From sequence record DRR723986_6138: 35,147 bases of DNA; one strand, given 5' to 3'. The notes under the pieces were generated by a model. It had not been told where the DNA came from, did no database searches, and worked only from the letters and a program-made list of their open reading frames with translations. Shown here in pieces: positions 1 to 9,748 of the stretch; position 1 is the first letter of the stretch, and every line of letters begins with the position of its first letter. Position numbers and translations under genes: made by a program.

Positions 1-1334
<1,334 letters not shown>

Positions 1335-1365
1335 GTCTCAGGTCGGATTGTTGATTGTCAGTAGG

Positions 1366-1384
1366 GAACCGTACGGTACGGTTC
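1366..1384. promoter_or_regulatory. Perfect palindrome, probable TetR operator
   Basis: GAACCGTAC-G-GTACGGTTC (9-bp arms), about 30 bp upstream of the tetR start. Confidence 0.65.
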
Positions 1385-1604
1385 GGGTGTGGTTATGGCA
1401 CCGGCGACAGGGCAGGTCAAGGGTAATTTTGCACCTGTTTGGCGAACGTGCGCATCTGGGCAAGCACTCTGGAACGTGCGCTTCAAAGCGTGATCGGAGT
1501 AGACGTTTACGCTTACTTCAAGTTTGGCTTGCGTCTCGAAGAAAGTGCGGATTAGATTTTGGTATTCAATTTTGTTGTCTTGTTTTTTCTTGGGTGCCTT
1601 TGAG

Positions 1605-2045
1605 ATGTTGACCATCAGAAAACTCATTGCCGGGCCGTTGTTGCTGGCCTTTCTTGTCTTGGCTGCCACCAGCGCAAACGCTGCACCTCGGGTAACCGCA
1701 AAGATCGATCTTTCCGAACAGCAGCTTTATTTGTACGTCGACGGGCGTTTGCGAAACAAATGGCCGGTTTCGACGGCGCGCAAGGGATATCGCACACCAA
1801 CGGGAAGCTGGCGCCCGACCCGGCTGGAACGCAACTGGCACTCGCGCAAGTACAACTGGGCACCCATGCCCTATTCGGTCTTCTTTCTCGGCGGATACGC
1901 CATACACGGCACCAACGATCTCAAGCGGCTGGGCCGTCCCGCCTCGCACGGATGCATCCGGCTCCATCCCAGGAATGCCGCTCAGCTTTTCAATCTTGTG
2001 CGAAAGGTTGGCCGCGCCGACACGAGGATCGTGATCACGCGGTGA
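1605..2045 (+). CDS. L,D-transpeptidase (YkuD family), secreted
   Basis: Signal peptide ending ..SANA; catalytic motif YAIHGT...ASHGCIRL; ATG at 1605 preferred to the ORF-track start at 1524. Confidence 0.92.
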   Translation: MLTIRKLIAGPLLLAFLVLAATSANAAPRVTAKIDLSEQQLYLYVDGRLRNKWPVSTARKGYRTPTGSWRPTRLERNWHSRKYNWAPMPYSVFFLGGYAIHGTNDLKRLGRPASHGCIRLHPRNAAQLFNLVRKVGRADTRIVITR

Positions 2046-2186
2046 GTTGAGGGGGCAATTCATCCGTTGCTACCACCGGCCGTATTCATGAACAGCTGTG
2101 TGGGCACAGGTTGCATGGTTTTGGCGTGGAGGATTACCCTTCAGGAACCTTCTGGGTGATTCCCCTTCTGCCAAGCGGAGGCCGTC

Positions 2187-3314
2187 GTGACCGCCTGCTC
2201 GAATTTCTGCCGATGCCTGTCAGCTGCCCTTGTGTTGTGCCTGTCGATTTTTCTCGCGCTGCCAGCATTGGGGCAGACGGCGGAGGGGGAAGACAATCCA
2301 TCGCTGCCGGTCTCGCCGGTCAGCGTTGGCCTCTATATCAGCCCCCCCTTTGTCATGGAGGAAGAGCCGGGTGTCTATTCCGGCATGGCGGTGGACCTTT
2401 GGGAAGCACTGGCGCAGAAAAACGGAATTCTCTACGAATACCGGATCTTCCCGACTATCCGGGAGCTGGTGGATGCAGCGGCGGACAAATCCATCGGTAT
2501 TGCCGTCACCAACCTGACGATCACCCGCAAGCGCGCCGACAGGATCGACTTTACCCAGCCCTGGTTCGATGCGGGCCTGCGCATTCTCGTGCCTGACAGT
2601 CAGGGAGCGAGTTTCAGCGAGGTGATAACGGGCCTGCAGGAGTCCGGTTATCTGAGAGCCTATGGCTGGCTGGCACTTGTGATCGTGTTTGCAACGGCTC
2701 TGATGACGCTGTTCGACCGGCGTTTCGACAAGAACTTTCCCCGGGGCTGGCCGGAAGGCGTGTCGGAGAGCTTTTATGCGGTCATGTCCGTGGTGACATC
2801 CGGCAAGGCGCCTTCGCGCAAGAACCTGTTTGGTTGGCCAGGCCGCATCTGGCAGGCGCTCTGGCTGGTCTGCGGCATTGCGGTGATGGCCTATGTGACC
2901 TCGTCGGTGACCAGCGTCATGACAACCCTATCGCTCACCAACCAGATCAACAGTGTTGCCGATCTGCCGGGCAAGAGTATCGGCGTCTTCGCCGGCAGCG
3001 TGGCCGAGGAGTTTGCAGAAGCATCCGGTTGGTCGCACCGGTCATTTGACGACATCGAAGGTGCAGTCGCTGCTCTGCGCAATGATGAGATTGATGCCGT
3101 TGTGGGCGATGCGCCTGTCCTTGAGTATTACGCTCACAGTCACCCGCGGGAGAATGTCGAGGTGATCGGCCCGATCTTCGAACCGGACAAATACGGCTTT
3201 GCCCTTGCGCACGGCAGTCCGTGGACACGGCCGTTGACACTTGAATTGCTGACGGCGCATGAGACGGACATGATCGAGCAATTGCGCGTGCGCTACTTCG
3301 GCGACGAGCGCTAG
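2187..3314 (+). CDS. GluR0-like ionotropic receptor homolog (split amino-acid binding domain with inserted M1-P-M2 channel module)
   Basis: Signal peptide; S1 (PPFVM..YSGMAVDLW..LTITRKRADRIDFTQPW); M1 (YGWLALVIVFATALMTLF); pore helix (GVSESFYAVMSVVT); M2 (GRIWQALWLVCGIAVMAYVTSSVTS); S2 (INSVADLPGKSIGV..VGDAPVLEYY..YGFAL). Confidence 0.85.
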   Translation: MTACSNFCRCLSAALVLCLSIFLALPALGQTAEGEDNPSLPVSPVSVGLYISPPFVMEEEPGVYSGMAVDLWEALAQKNGILYEYRIFPTIRELVDAAADKSIGIAVTNLTITRKRADRIDFTQPWFDAGLRILVPDSQGASFSEVITGLQESGYLRAYGWLALVIVFATALMTLFDRRFDKNFPRGWPEGVSESFYAVMSVVTSGKAPSRKNLFGWPGRIWQALWLVCGIAVMAYVTSSVTSVMTTLSLTNQINSVADLPGKSIGVFAGSVAEEFAEASGWSHRSFDDIEGAVAALRNDEIDAVVGDAPVLEYYAHSHPRENVEVIGPIFEPDKYGFALAHGSPWTRPLTLELLTAHETDMIEQLRVRYFGDER

Positions 3315-3324
3315 GAGCCATTCC

Positions 3325-4224
3325 CTAGAGCTGTGGCTGCGCGGCAGCCCTCAACCAGTCAACGACAATGGCGGCCGTTTCCCGGTTCCGGCTGCGGTGC
3401 GACAGCACGGCATGATAGGCGTTGTTTGGCTGCAGCGGCGGCAGGCCTGCAGGGACCAGCAGGCCGTTTTGCACGTGGTCACCGGTGATCGAGCGCCAGC
3501 CGAGCATGACCCCGTGGCCCGACAAGGCCGCCTGGGTGGCCTGGACATAGTTGGAAAACCGGAGGCCTTTGGCCGAACCGGCAGCCTTCTGCCCCGTGCG
3601 GGCAAGATACTCCTGCCAGGAAATCCAGCGGCGATCGCTGGTATCCACATGGATCAGAAAGGCTGAGCCCAGGCTGCCGCCATCGGCGCGGATGCGCTCG
3701 GCAAGGGAGGGGGCGCACACGGGCTCAACCAGCTCGCGGAACAATTGTTCGACCGCGCCGTCGTCCCAGCGGCCGTCCCCATAGCGCATGGCGATATCAG
3801 TCCCCTGGCCAAGCCGGGGGACCTCCTGCTGCGTGGTGTGAACGTTCACCGGGATTTCCGGGTGGTCCAGGTAAAACGCCTCAAGCCGGGGCATGAGCCA
3901 GTAGGTGGCGAAGCCGACGGTGCAGGCAACAGTGACAGAGGCGCTGGCCGGATCGGCAAGAGCCTGGATGTCGTTCAGGGCTTCGCTCAGCCGTTCGCGG
4001 TTTTCGATCACCGCTTTCAGCAGGATCTCGCCAGCGGCAGTGAGGCTGGCCGGCCTTGTGCTGCGATCGATCAGGGCGGTGCCGACGTGTTCTTCCAACT
4101 GTCGCAGGGACTGGCTGATCGCCGACATGGATACATTCAATTCGCCTGCCGCCGCCTTGGTGCCTCCCGCGCGTTGAACCGTCTCGAAGACGGTAAGCAG
4201 CCTGAGCGGGGGGAGGCGGAGCAT
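3325..4224 (-). CDS. LysR family regulator, GcvA-like
   Basis: RLPPLRLL...AAAGELNVSMSAISQSLRQLE HTH; FATYWLMPRL..F...HP and DIAMRYGDG are typical of the GcvA/AmpR subgroup. ATG at 4224 (alternative TTG at 4236). Confidence 0.92.
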   Translation of the reverse strand: MLRLPPLRLLTVFETVQRAGGTKAAAGELNVSMSAISQSLRQLEEHVGTALIDRSTRPASLTAAGEILLKAVIENRERLSEALNDIQALADPASASVTVACTVGFATYWLMPRLEAFYLDHPEIPVNVHTTQQEVPRLGQGTDIAMRYGDGRWDDGAVEQLFRELVEPVCAPSLAERIRADGGSLGSAFLIHVDTSDRRWISWQEYLARTGQKAAGSAKGLRFSNYVQATQAALSGHGVMLGWRSITGDHVQNGLLVPAGLPPLQPNNAYHAVLSHRSRNRETAAIVVDWLRAAAQPQL

Positions 4225-4237
4225 TTGTCTGTCCAAG

Positions 4238-4253
4238 TTAAGTGAATGCTTAA
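4238..4253. promoter_or_regulatory. AT-rich dyad, candidate LysR binding site in the divergent promoter
   Basis: TTAAG-TGAATG-CTTAA next to the LysR start; spacing is not the exact T-N11-A consensus. Confidence 0.35.
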
Positions 4254-4391
4254 GTTAAGTTTCGATTTTATCGCCTTTCCAAATCGCCAGTGCAAGAGCA
4301 ACTTCACAGAAAGTAACCGGAACGCAGCGCTTTGCAGTGACTTGTGCGAAATGTCTGCAAGGCTGATGAGCCAAACTTAAGGACGGATCTG

Positions 4392-5522
4392 ATGCTTGGA
4401 ACTGGTGATGCGGGTGTGTTGCTGCAGGAAAAAGGACTCGATGTGCCGCTGAGCAACGGGCAGACCGCCTATTTCAATTACTACTGGCTGCGCGACAATT
4501 GCCCGAGTTCCTTCGACCCGGAAACCCGCGAACGCGTCAACGACATCTTTGCCCTGGACGAAGCGCCAAAAGCAGCCTCCGCCGCCATCGTGGGGGGCGA
4601 TCTGGAAATCGCCTGGGCCGGCACAAACGACGTCTCCCGCCTGCCGCTGTCCCTGCTCAACGCCTATTCCAATGGCGAAAAGCGCCCCGATATCGCCAAC
4701 CTTCAAAGAGTGCCCTGGTACGCTGACCACTATCCGAAGATGGCTCGTTTTTCCTATGACGAGGTTACCAATGACAACGCTCGTCGGCGCGACTGGGCCA
4801 AGGCGATGCTGACGGATGGTGTCGCGCTCTTGACCGGCTTGCCGGATACGGATGAAGCGCTCACCGATACGGCCGGCCTGATCGGCTATGTGCGTCCGAG
4901 CTACTTCGGCCTGACGTTTGAAGTAAAAACCCACATCAAGCCGACCAACCTTGCCTTCACCGCCAAGGCCCTGCCGCTTCACACGGACTTGCCGGACGAA
5001 GATCTTGCGCCGGGCGTGCAGTTCCTGCATTGCCGGGCCAATTCGGTCGAGGGCGGCAACAGCATCTTTGTGGACGGACTGGCTGTCGCCGAAGACTTCC
5101 GCAAGGCCTATCCGGAAGACTTCGAACTTCTGATCACCGTGGATGTGCCCTATTTCTGCGAGCATGACACGTTCGACATGCGGTCCCGCCAGCGGGTGAT
5201 CGAGCTGGACGAGCACGGTAATATTTCGGGTGTCACGATCAGCCAGCACCATGCCGATATCTTCGATATGCCGCAACATGAACTCGACCGTTACTACCCG
5301 GCCTTCTGCCGCTTCGGACGGATGATGCGGGACGACAAGTACCTGATGCGGTTCCGTCTGAATGCGGGCGAATGTATTGTCTTCGACAATCACCGCATCG
5401 TGCACGGTCGGGCTGCCTATTCGGCAACCAGCGGCAATCGGCACCTGCGTGGCTGCTATACCGACAGGGGCGAGTTGCGCTCCACTTACCGGATCCTGTC
5501 CGGGGAAGGACGTTTCAAATGA
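4392..5522 (+). CDS. TauD/TfdA family Fe(II)/2-oxoglutarate dioxygenase, gamma-butyrobetaine hydroxylase-like
   Basis: GBBH-like N-terminus (YYWLRDNCP); facial triad LPLHTDLP...FDNHRIVHGR; 2OG-binding RHLRGCY; RBS AAGGA before ATG 4392. Confidence 0.9.
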   Translation: MLGTGDAGVLLQEKGLDVPLSNGQTAYFNYYWLRDNCPSSFDPETRERVNDIFALDEAPKAASAAIVGGDLEIAWAGTNDVSRLPLSLLNAYSNGEKRPDIANLQRVPWYADHYPKMARFSYDEVTNDNARRRDWAKAMLTDGVALLTGLPDTDEALTDTAGLIGYVRPSYFGLTFEVKTHIKPTNLAFTAKALPLHTDLPDEDLAPGVQFLHCRANSVEGGNSIFVDGLAVAEDFRKAYPEDFELLITVDVPYFCEHDTFDMRSRQRVIELDEHGNISGVTISQHHADIFDMPQHELDRYYPAFCRFGRMMRDDKYLMRFRLNAGECIVFDNHRIVHGRAAYSATSGNRHLRGCYTDRGELRSTYRILSGEGRFK

Positions 5523-6289
5523 GTGTCGTTACGGATGTACGCTTCGGGGCTGACCCGGACCGGCAAAGCGAACAGGCCCTGCGGGAAGACCTCGCAGCTG
5601 CCTTTCGTCTGGCGGTAAAATTCGGCTGGAGCGAATCCGTCGGCAACCATTTCAGCGCCGCGGTTTCCGAAGATGGTTCGAAATTCCTGATGAACCCCAA
5701 ATGGCGACATTTCGGGGAAATCAGGGCCAGCGACCTGTTGCTGCTCGATGCCAATGATGAAACGGTGATGGCGGGCGAAAATGCCCCGGACCCATCCGCT
5801 TGGTGCATCCACGGCACGGTTCACCGGGAAAATCCCAAGGCGCGGGTGCTGTTTCACTGTCATCCGCCCAATGCGACCGCGCTGGCGACGCTGCAAGATC
5901 CGTCGATGAAACCGATCGACCTGAACACCGCGCGTTTCTTCGGCAAGGTTGCGGTTGACCTTGGCTTCGGCGGCATGGCTGACGAGGCGGAGGAGGGCCG
6001 GCGGATTGCCGAAACACTCGGCGACAAGCCGGTTCTTGTGATGGGCAATCACGGGGTGTCGATTTCCGCCGTCACTGTCGCTGAAGCCTTCGAGCATCTC
6101 TATTTCTTCGAACGGGCTGCTGAAACGCTATTGAAAGCCTATAGGACCGGTCAGCCGCTGGCTATCATGTCGGACAACCTGGCGGCCAAGACGGCTGCCG
6201 AATGGGAGCCCTATGTCGGCATGGGCTACGCCCATTTCGACTATTGGAAGCGTGATCTTGACCGGAGCGAGCCGGATTACCGCGACTGA
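5519..6289 (+). CDS. Class II aldolase/adducin family protein
   Basis: LREDLAAAFR..NHFS..IRASDLLLLD..AWCIHG..FHCHPP..MGNHGV metal-binding histidines; ATGA overlap with the dioxygenase stop. Confidence 0.9.
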   Translation: MSVVTDVRFGADPDRQSEQALREDLAAAFRLAVKFGWSESVGNHFSAAVSEDGSKFLMNPKWRHFGEIRASDLLLLDANDETVMAGENAPDPSAWCIHGTVHRENPKARVLFHCHPPNATALATLQDPSMKPIDLNTARFFGKVAVDLGFGGMADEAEEGRRIAETLGDKPVLVMGNHGVSISAVTVAEAFEHLYFFERAAETLLKAYRTGQPLAIMSDNLAAKTAAEWEPYVGMGYAHFDYWKRDLDRSEPDYRD

Positions 6290-6310
6290 GATCCATCGAT
6301 GCCGACTTGC

Positions 6311-6339
6311 TTTCGCCTCTCCAATGCGGGGAGGCGAAA
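6311..6339 (+). terminator. GC-rich hairpin after the aldolase gene
   Basis: TTTCGCCTCTCC-AATGC-GGGGAGGCGAAA; weak U tract. Confidence 0.45.
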
Positions 6340-6373
6340 TGCATTTGGGCAAAGCAAGGCAATCCTTCTTGGT

Positions 6374-6580
6374 GTCGCCCCGGACAAGCGCAGCGCAGAT
6401 CCGGGGCCTTTTCGCAAGGCACATAGCGGCATCGCGTGAGCTGGAAATCAGATGTCAGCGCGAGCTTCAGGAGCTTCTGATCATTGATCATCATTCAATC
6501 TTGAGCAGGAGAGGCTTTGCCGAAAAATATGTCTGCGTTCGGATCAGCGTTCGGTCTCCGCCTCACCTGTCCGGAATGAG
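6374..6580. repeat. Degenerate REP-like doublet (inverted pair of palindromic units)
   Basis: Left unit GTCGCCCCGGACAAGCGCAGCGCAGATCCGGGG (6374-6406); right unit TTCGGATCAGCG...CCTGTCCGGAATGAG (6538-6580), whose reverse complement shares CCGGACA...GC.GATCCG with the left unit. Confidence 0.6.
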
Positions 6581-6713
6581 GGACGGGCGAATGTTCCCGC
6601 AATAGACCGCCAAAACTGCAGAAATCTCACCTGTAGTAGCGACCTAATACCCGTTCAAACGCGCCGACTGCTAGCCTTTCTCCATCGCAATTTGCCAAGC
6701 TGGAGGACAGAGC

Positions 6714-7307
6714 ATGAGCGCGAAGAAGATCCTGATGATCACGGGCGATTTCACCGAAGATTATGAGACCATGGTGCCGTTTCAGACGTTGCTTGCCATG
6801 GGGTACACGGTCGATGCGGTATGCCCCGGCAAGAAGGCCGGCGAGACGGTCGCCACCTGTATCCACGATTTCGAAGGCGACCAGACCTATTCGGAAAAGC
6901 GCGGCCATAACTTCACGCTGAACGCGACCTTCGCCGATGTCGACGTTGCCGGTTACGATGCCCTGGTAATCCCGGGTGGACGGGCTCCGGAATATCTGCG
7001 TCTTGATGCGGCTGTCATCGATGCCGTGAAGCATTTCATGGACGCGGCCAAGCCTGTTGCCGCAATCTGTCACGGCGCTCAGATCCTGACTGCTGCCAAG
7101 GTGATCGAGGGCCGCACCGTTTCGGCTTATCCGGCCTGCCGTCCGGAAGTGGAACTTGCAGGCGCCACTTACGCCGAGATCGCAATCGACGGCGCGGTGA
7201 CCGACGGAAACCTTGTTACCGCCCCTGCCTGGCCGGCGCATCCGGCATGGCTGTCGCAGTTCCATGCGGTTCTAAGCGGTGCGGCCGAGGGTTCCCTGGC
7301 TGCCTGA
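6714..7307 (+). CDS. DJ-1/PfpI family protein
   Basis: GDFTEDYE (conserved Glu), [16 protein letters not shown], nucleophile elbow AAICHG; RBS GGAGGA. Confidence 0.93.
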   Translation: MSAKKILMITGDFTEDYETMVPFQTLLAMGYTVDAVCPGKKAGETVATCIHDFEGDQTYSEKRGHNFTLNATFADVDVAGYDALVIPGGRAPEYLRLDAAVIDAVKHFMDAAKPVAAICHGAQILTAAKVIEGRTVSAYPACRPEVELAGATYAEIAIDGAVTDGNLVTAPAWPAHPAWLSQFHAVLSGAAEGSLAA

Positions 7308-7542
7308 GGCAAACGGTGCGGGCCAACAAATTGCCCGCACCATCATCTCCGTTTGCCTGGTCCGAGAAAAAGCAAGAGTGGTGCCCCGAAGGGGGCGACA
7401 AGTCCCGGGCCCACCACTTACACGCTACCTGACCTCTTTCCCGCACGCGGGAAGCGGACTAGGCTGAGTTCAAATAACGGGCGTTGATATACCGAGACAG
7501 CTCCACGATTTCAGCTCGCCAGTCCGTCACGAAGGAAACATC

Positions 7543-7893
7543 ATGTGCAAGCTCTTCATCGAGGCAGATTCCACGCTTTGGGAAAGCACGACAAAGTCGC
7601 TGCGCATTGACGGCATGGTGACATCGGTGCGGCTGGAAACCTTCTTCTGGAAGGTTCTGGACGAGATCGCCGGACGGGACGGCATGAATGTGGTGCAACT
7701 GATCACCAAGCTTCACCACGAGAGCATCGACGCGGGCCATGATCTCGGAAATTTCACGAGCTTCCTGCGCGTTTGCTGTGGACGGTACCTGGCCTTGCAG
7801 CTGTCTGGCGATGTGCCGACCGACAAGCGCCTGCCGATCGCGGGCCTGGATGCGGACGGCATTCTGGAAGCCGAAACCGGCCGTATTCACTGA
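7543..7893 (+). CDS. Ribbon-helix-helix domain protein (RHH_4-like)
   Basis: TKSLRIDGMVTSVRLETFFWKVLDEIA..G..V.QLI...NFTSFLRVCC; RBS AAGGA. Confidence 0.85.
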   Translation: MCKLFIEADSTLWESTTKSLRIDGMVTSVRLETFFWKVLDEIAGRDGMNVVQLITKLHHESIDAGHDLGNFTSFLRVCCGRYLALQLSGDVPTDKRLPIAGLDADGILEAETGRIH

Positions 7894-7928
7894 GACATAC
7901 GCTGAAATGAGTTCAGGAGCTTTCCTTG

Positions 7929-7963
7929 GTCATCCCGGTCGTGCACCACGCTGCCGGGATGAC
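7929..7963. repeat. GTCATCCCGG...CCGGGATGAC hairpin (single REP-like unit / bidirectional terminator)
   Basis: Perfect 10-bp inverted arms between the convergent RHH gene and opgH; same GTCAT/ATGAC ends as other REP-like units in the window. Confidence 0.6.
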
Positions 7964-7992
7964 TGATCCTGTGCTGGTGACACAGCGCCTTG

Positions 7993-9747
7993 TCAGGCAG
8001 CCGCTTCTTGCGAAAGCGCCAGACGCATGTCTTCGGCGACCGCGACCGGGCCTGCCTCGGTCGGGACCTGGAAGAGCCCCAGTTTCTTCGTGACCTTGCC
8101 CAGCAGCACCGACGCGGTCATCCAGACCAGGAGCGGAGCGACAACCAGTGGCAGGGCAACAGGAAGCAGCCAGTAGAACATCTCCGGCGCATAAGTGTGC
8201 GAGAAGGCGATTGCGCCGGCGCCTGCAATGCTCATCCACCAGGTGGCGGAAAACGCCGCGGTGATCGGCAGCGAACCGTCGTCCCGATCGGCTGTCGGCC
8301 AACCACTGTCGGCGCCCGTCAGCACCTGAAACACCGAGCGGCAGTGAAACATCATGTGGATCGGCGCAAGGATCGAGGTCAGCAGGATTTCAAGAAGAAA
8401 GCTGATCAGAAGCCGCACCGGGCCGCCGAAGTCCGCCGAGTTGCCGCCAAAGAGCGCCCGGGCAACAAGCAGCAACTTGGGCAGGATCAACAAAGCCACC
8501 AGACCGAACAGCAGGGCGAGCGCCGTGGTCGTTTCCGGATGCGGAAAGACCGGGAACGGCGAATGACCGTCGAAGTAGACCGGGGGCGGAGCGACCAGCG
8601 GAGCCGCAAGGCTTGCCAGCAGGAAGATGCACCAGATTGGCGAGGCCAGGTAGGCAAAGACGCCTTGCAGGATCGAAATCCGGCTCCAGAAGCGGAAGCG
8701 CGGGGCCGCCAGAATGCGGCTGTGCTGCAGGTTGCCCTGGCACCAGCGCCGGTCACGCTTGGCGTAGTCGACCATGTTGGCGGGGGCTTCCTCGTAGGAG
8801 CCTGTCAGGTCCGGGTCGAGACGTACCTTCCAGCCATCGCGCGCCAGGAGCGCAGCTTCAACGGTATCATGGCTGAGGATGTGACCACCAAAGGGCGGTT
8901 TGCCGGTAAGCGGAGCCATGCCGCAGGCAGCTGCAAATGCGCGGGTGCGGATCAGCGCATTGTGTCCCCAGAAGGTGCCTTCCTCGCCCTGAACGGCGGC
9001 AAGGCCGCGCGCGAAGTAAGGCCCGTAGAGACCGGTCGCGAACTGCAAGAGGCGTCCGAACAGGGTGGAAAGTCCGATGATCTGCGGCAGCGACTGCAGC
9101 AGCCCCAGGCGCGGATCGGCTTCCATGCGCCGGACCATTTCCAGGATGGTCTTGCCATCCATCAGGCTGTCGGCATCAAGCACCAGCATGTAGTCGTAGG
9201 CACCGCCCGATGTCGTCAGGAAGTCGGCAATGTTGCCTGCCTTGCGGCCAATGTTCTGTTCGCGCCGCCGATAGAACAGGCGGCCACCGGCGTTCTGGCG
9301 AACAAGCAGTCGCTCATAGGCACGCTGTTCTTCCTCGCCGACATCCGCCTTGGTGGTGTCGGACAGGACAAAGAAATCGAATCGGTCCGCCGCGGGCAGG
9401 GCGGCAACCGATTTCATGATGGCTTCCAGGCGGGCGAACACCGGACCGGTTGCTTCGTTGTAGATCGGCAGCAGAACGGCGGTGCGACCTTCGGGCAGAG
9501 CTTCTGCCGTTGCCCTTTCCTCAGGCGGAAACAGGATGCCGAAGAGAGCGATACATCCGCCCCAGGCCAGCCAGAAGCTTGCTACCGCCATCAGCGCGAT
9601 GCGGACGATGTCCAGCCAGTCGAAACCGTCCGACTGGACAACAATGGCAAACATGTACGAAGCACCCGTGGTCAGGCACAGGGCGATCACTGCCATGGCC
9701 AGCCGCCGGAAGGCCGTCGACCAGGCTTCGGAGCTGGCCTTCTTCAT
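7993..9747 (-). CDS. opgH: Glucans biosynthesis glucosyltransferase H (GT2)
   Basis: RTAVLLPIYNE, FFVLSD, YRRREQNIGRKAGNI, LVLDADSLM, FWGHNALIR, ILSHDTVEAALL, RDRRWCQGNLQH. Confidence 0.96.
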   Translation of the reverse strand: MKKASSEAWSTAFRRLAMAVIALCLTTGASYMFAIVVQSDGFDWLDIVRIALMAVASFWLAWGGCIALFGILFPPEERATAEALPEGRTAVLLPIYNEATGPVFARLEAIMKSVAALPAADRFDFFVLSDTTKADVGEEEQRAYERLLVRQNAGGRLFYRRREQNIGRKAGNIADFLTTSGGAYDYMLVLDADSLMDGKTILEMVRRMEADPRLGLLQSLPQIIGLSTLFGRLLQFATGLYGPYFARGLAAVQGEEGTFWGHNALIRTRAFAAACGMAPLTGKPPFGGHILSHDTVEAALLARDGWKVRLDPDLTGSYEEAPANMVDYAKRDRRWCQGNLQHSRILAAPRFRFWSRISILQGVFAYLASPIWCIFLLASLAAPLVAPPPVYFDGHSPFPVFPHPETTTALALLFGLVALLILPKLLLVARALFGGNSADFGGPVRLLISFLLEILLTSILAPIHMMFHCRSVFQVLTGADSGWPTADRDDGSLPITAAFSATWWMSIAGAGAIAFSHTYAPEMFYWLLPVALPLVVAPLLVWMTASVLLGKVTKKLGLFQVPTEAGPVAVAEDMRLALSQEAAA

Positions 9748-9748
9748 G

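Noticed and set aside
1444..1481. Direct repeat GAACGTGCGC twice, 28 bp apart
   Set aside because: Only two short copies; spacing fits neither alphaproteobacterial LexA (GAAC-N7-GAAC) nor a CRISPR array.
4238..4258. TTAA repeats as a CtrA site
   Set aside because: Spacing is N8 or N1, not TTAA-N7-TTAA.
6128..6605. Short ORFs in the aldolase-PfpI gap
   Set aside because: They overlap the aldolase end and the REP-like element and show no recognisable motifs.
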